A stretch of DNA of 62,910 bases, filler included, from Globobulimina sp. (Eukaryota): NCBI GenBank assembly GCA_003354225.1. It is 54 parts of 54 records of this genome, joined end to end, with 100 filler letters (N's around TTAATTAATTAA, not from the genome) between each part and the next. Parts side by side here need not be neighbours in the genome. Positions count along the whole stretch, not along the records: positions 60,679 to 61,744 come from PIVH01024432.1; positions 61,845 to 62,910 come from PIVH01024433.1; 52 more parts are not named here. One strand, written 5' to 3'. The notes beneath the pieces were generated by a model. It made no database searches and was not told the origin of the DNA. It saw only the letters and a list, made by a program, of their open reading frames with translations. Of this stretch, positions 61,721 through 62,910 are shown piece by piece (position 1 is the first letter of the stretch; each line of letters starts with the position of its first letter). The position numbers and the translations under genes are program-made.

Positions 61721-62292
61721 TTTTTTGTTTTTTTTAAGAATCAANNNNNNNNNNNNNNNNNNNNNNNNNNNNNNNNNNNNNNNNNNNNTTAATTAATTAA
61801 NNNNNNNNNNNNNNNNNNNNNNNNNNNNNNNNNNNNNNNNNNNNTATTATGGTCAAGGGAGGAGTGGAATGAGTACTTTTAATTAATCCACGCTCCCAGC
61901 AGGCAATTGACTAAGTGCTTTTTGAGTATTTAAGTAGTAGAAGATAAGAAAAAGTTAGTTGACTTTGGTCAATTGTTTACAGACACTTTAGGATATGGGG
62001 ATTTAATAGGTGTGCTCATAAACAATGTATATTGTTTATGTTTAAAGAGATTTTTATAAACTAATATTTGATTACAAATCCAAAATATTGTGACCAGTAT
62101 ACAAATATAAATAATGGTTGACCTTTTCCAATGTGATATTAGTGCCATATAATTGTTTTAATGTTCACTGATGAACGATCTGTTCTTTTTAGAGCGCAGA
62201 CAGTGAAAATGAGAGAAAATTACAACTGTGTCATTTGGCCATAAAAAAACTTCAACTTTTTCACTAACCAAACAATCCCTTCTCACTCGATC

Positions 62293-62910
62293 ATGATTTT
62301 TATCTTGTATGCATTGGTATTATTCACTATTGCTGCTTATTCCCAATGTGATATCAGTATCACGCAATCACCAGCAACAACAATTCCTGACGTTGACCCA
62401 GCCGGAATCCAAGACGATATAACAACATCAGCGCAACCATCGGGCTGTTTTGTTGATTCCCTGAGTATTAAACTCAACGTTACCCATCAATATGTGGGTG
62501 ATTTACATTTTAGTTTAAATGGTTTTGAATTTTTTGCGAATCAATGTGGTGATCAGAATGACTTATATGTCACAGTGACAGGTATATAGGTTGTTTATTA
62601 TTTATTATTTGTATTTTGATCACTAATTAATATAACATACAAATAAAAATCAAAGACTCAAGCGCCACACCCTATGGCTGTCCAAATGGAGCAGATGACG
62701 TTCAACCAATTTCTCTCTTTGCTGATGAATTCGGCGGTGAATTATTAGACGTTGAGACTATTTGGACACTCTCAGTTTACGATGATGACAGTGGGACTTA
62801 TGGGACATTAGAAAGTTGGACACTATGCATTACCACTCACTGTCCCACGACAACAGCAATTCCCATATCAACCGCAACAACAATGGCCATACCAACCACA
62901 ACAACAATGG
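62293..62910 (+). CDS. Secreted protein: free-standing proprotein-convertase P-domain plus Thr-rich stalk; intron 62582-62655
   Basis: Signal peptide, IPD..GI..LNVTHQYVGDL..|..WTLSVYDDDSGTYGTLESWTLCI, then PTTTAIP. Confidence 0.82.

Overview
This window is not a contiguous locus. It is about 54 unrelated contigs of ~1,064-1,068 bp, sorted by decreasing length and joined by an artificial linker (N44-TTAATTAATTAA-N44), so gene neighbourhood across linkers has no meaning. Most contigs come from an AT-rich protist that uses the standard code and has short (42-99 nt) GT-AG introns. Recurring lineage-type motifs (ZZ-like CxC..CxxC..CP..H..GYD.C..C, 7TM-RGS, Cys-rich beta repeats, PT-mucin stalks) suggest a foraminiferan or other rhizarian; this is inference. 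Several intra-contig chimeras suggest whole-genome-amplified DNA that includes bacterial material (thiE, a NiFe-hydrogenase). Recognisable gene fragments include AARSD1/AlaX, a TraB-domain protein, an amino-acid permease, a CNG/EAG-like channel, an NMNAT-like enzyme, a CAMK kinase, a VWA protein, ALAD/hemB, a P450, a Ras GTPase, a GCN5-like GNAT, H2B and H3 with a histone stem-loop, POLA1, eRF3 and VPS16. Mobile elements include a Penelope-like element (PLE), two gag/protease fragments, a LINE RT, a FLYWCH/MULE relic and an intact MITE. The most notable observations are (1) a parvovirus-ITR-like T-shaped palindrome next to ~217-bp repeats, (2) a GIY-YIG PLE whose 3' repeat holds a TATA-like box, a 57-nt intron and a minimal hammerhead ribozyme, (3) a Bcl-2-fold ORF in a non-animal assembly, and (4) free-standing PCSK9-C-terminal-like and P-domain modules on mucin stalks. 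All calls are from motif recognition by eye; no database searches were run.
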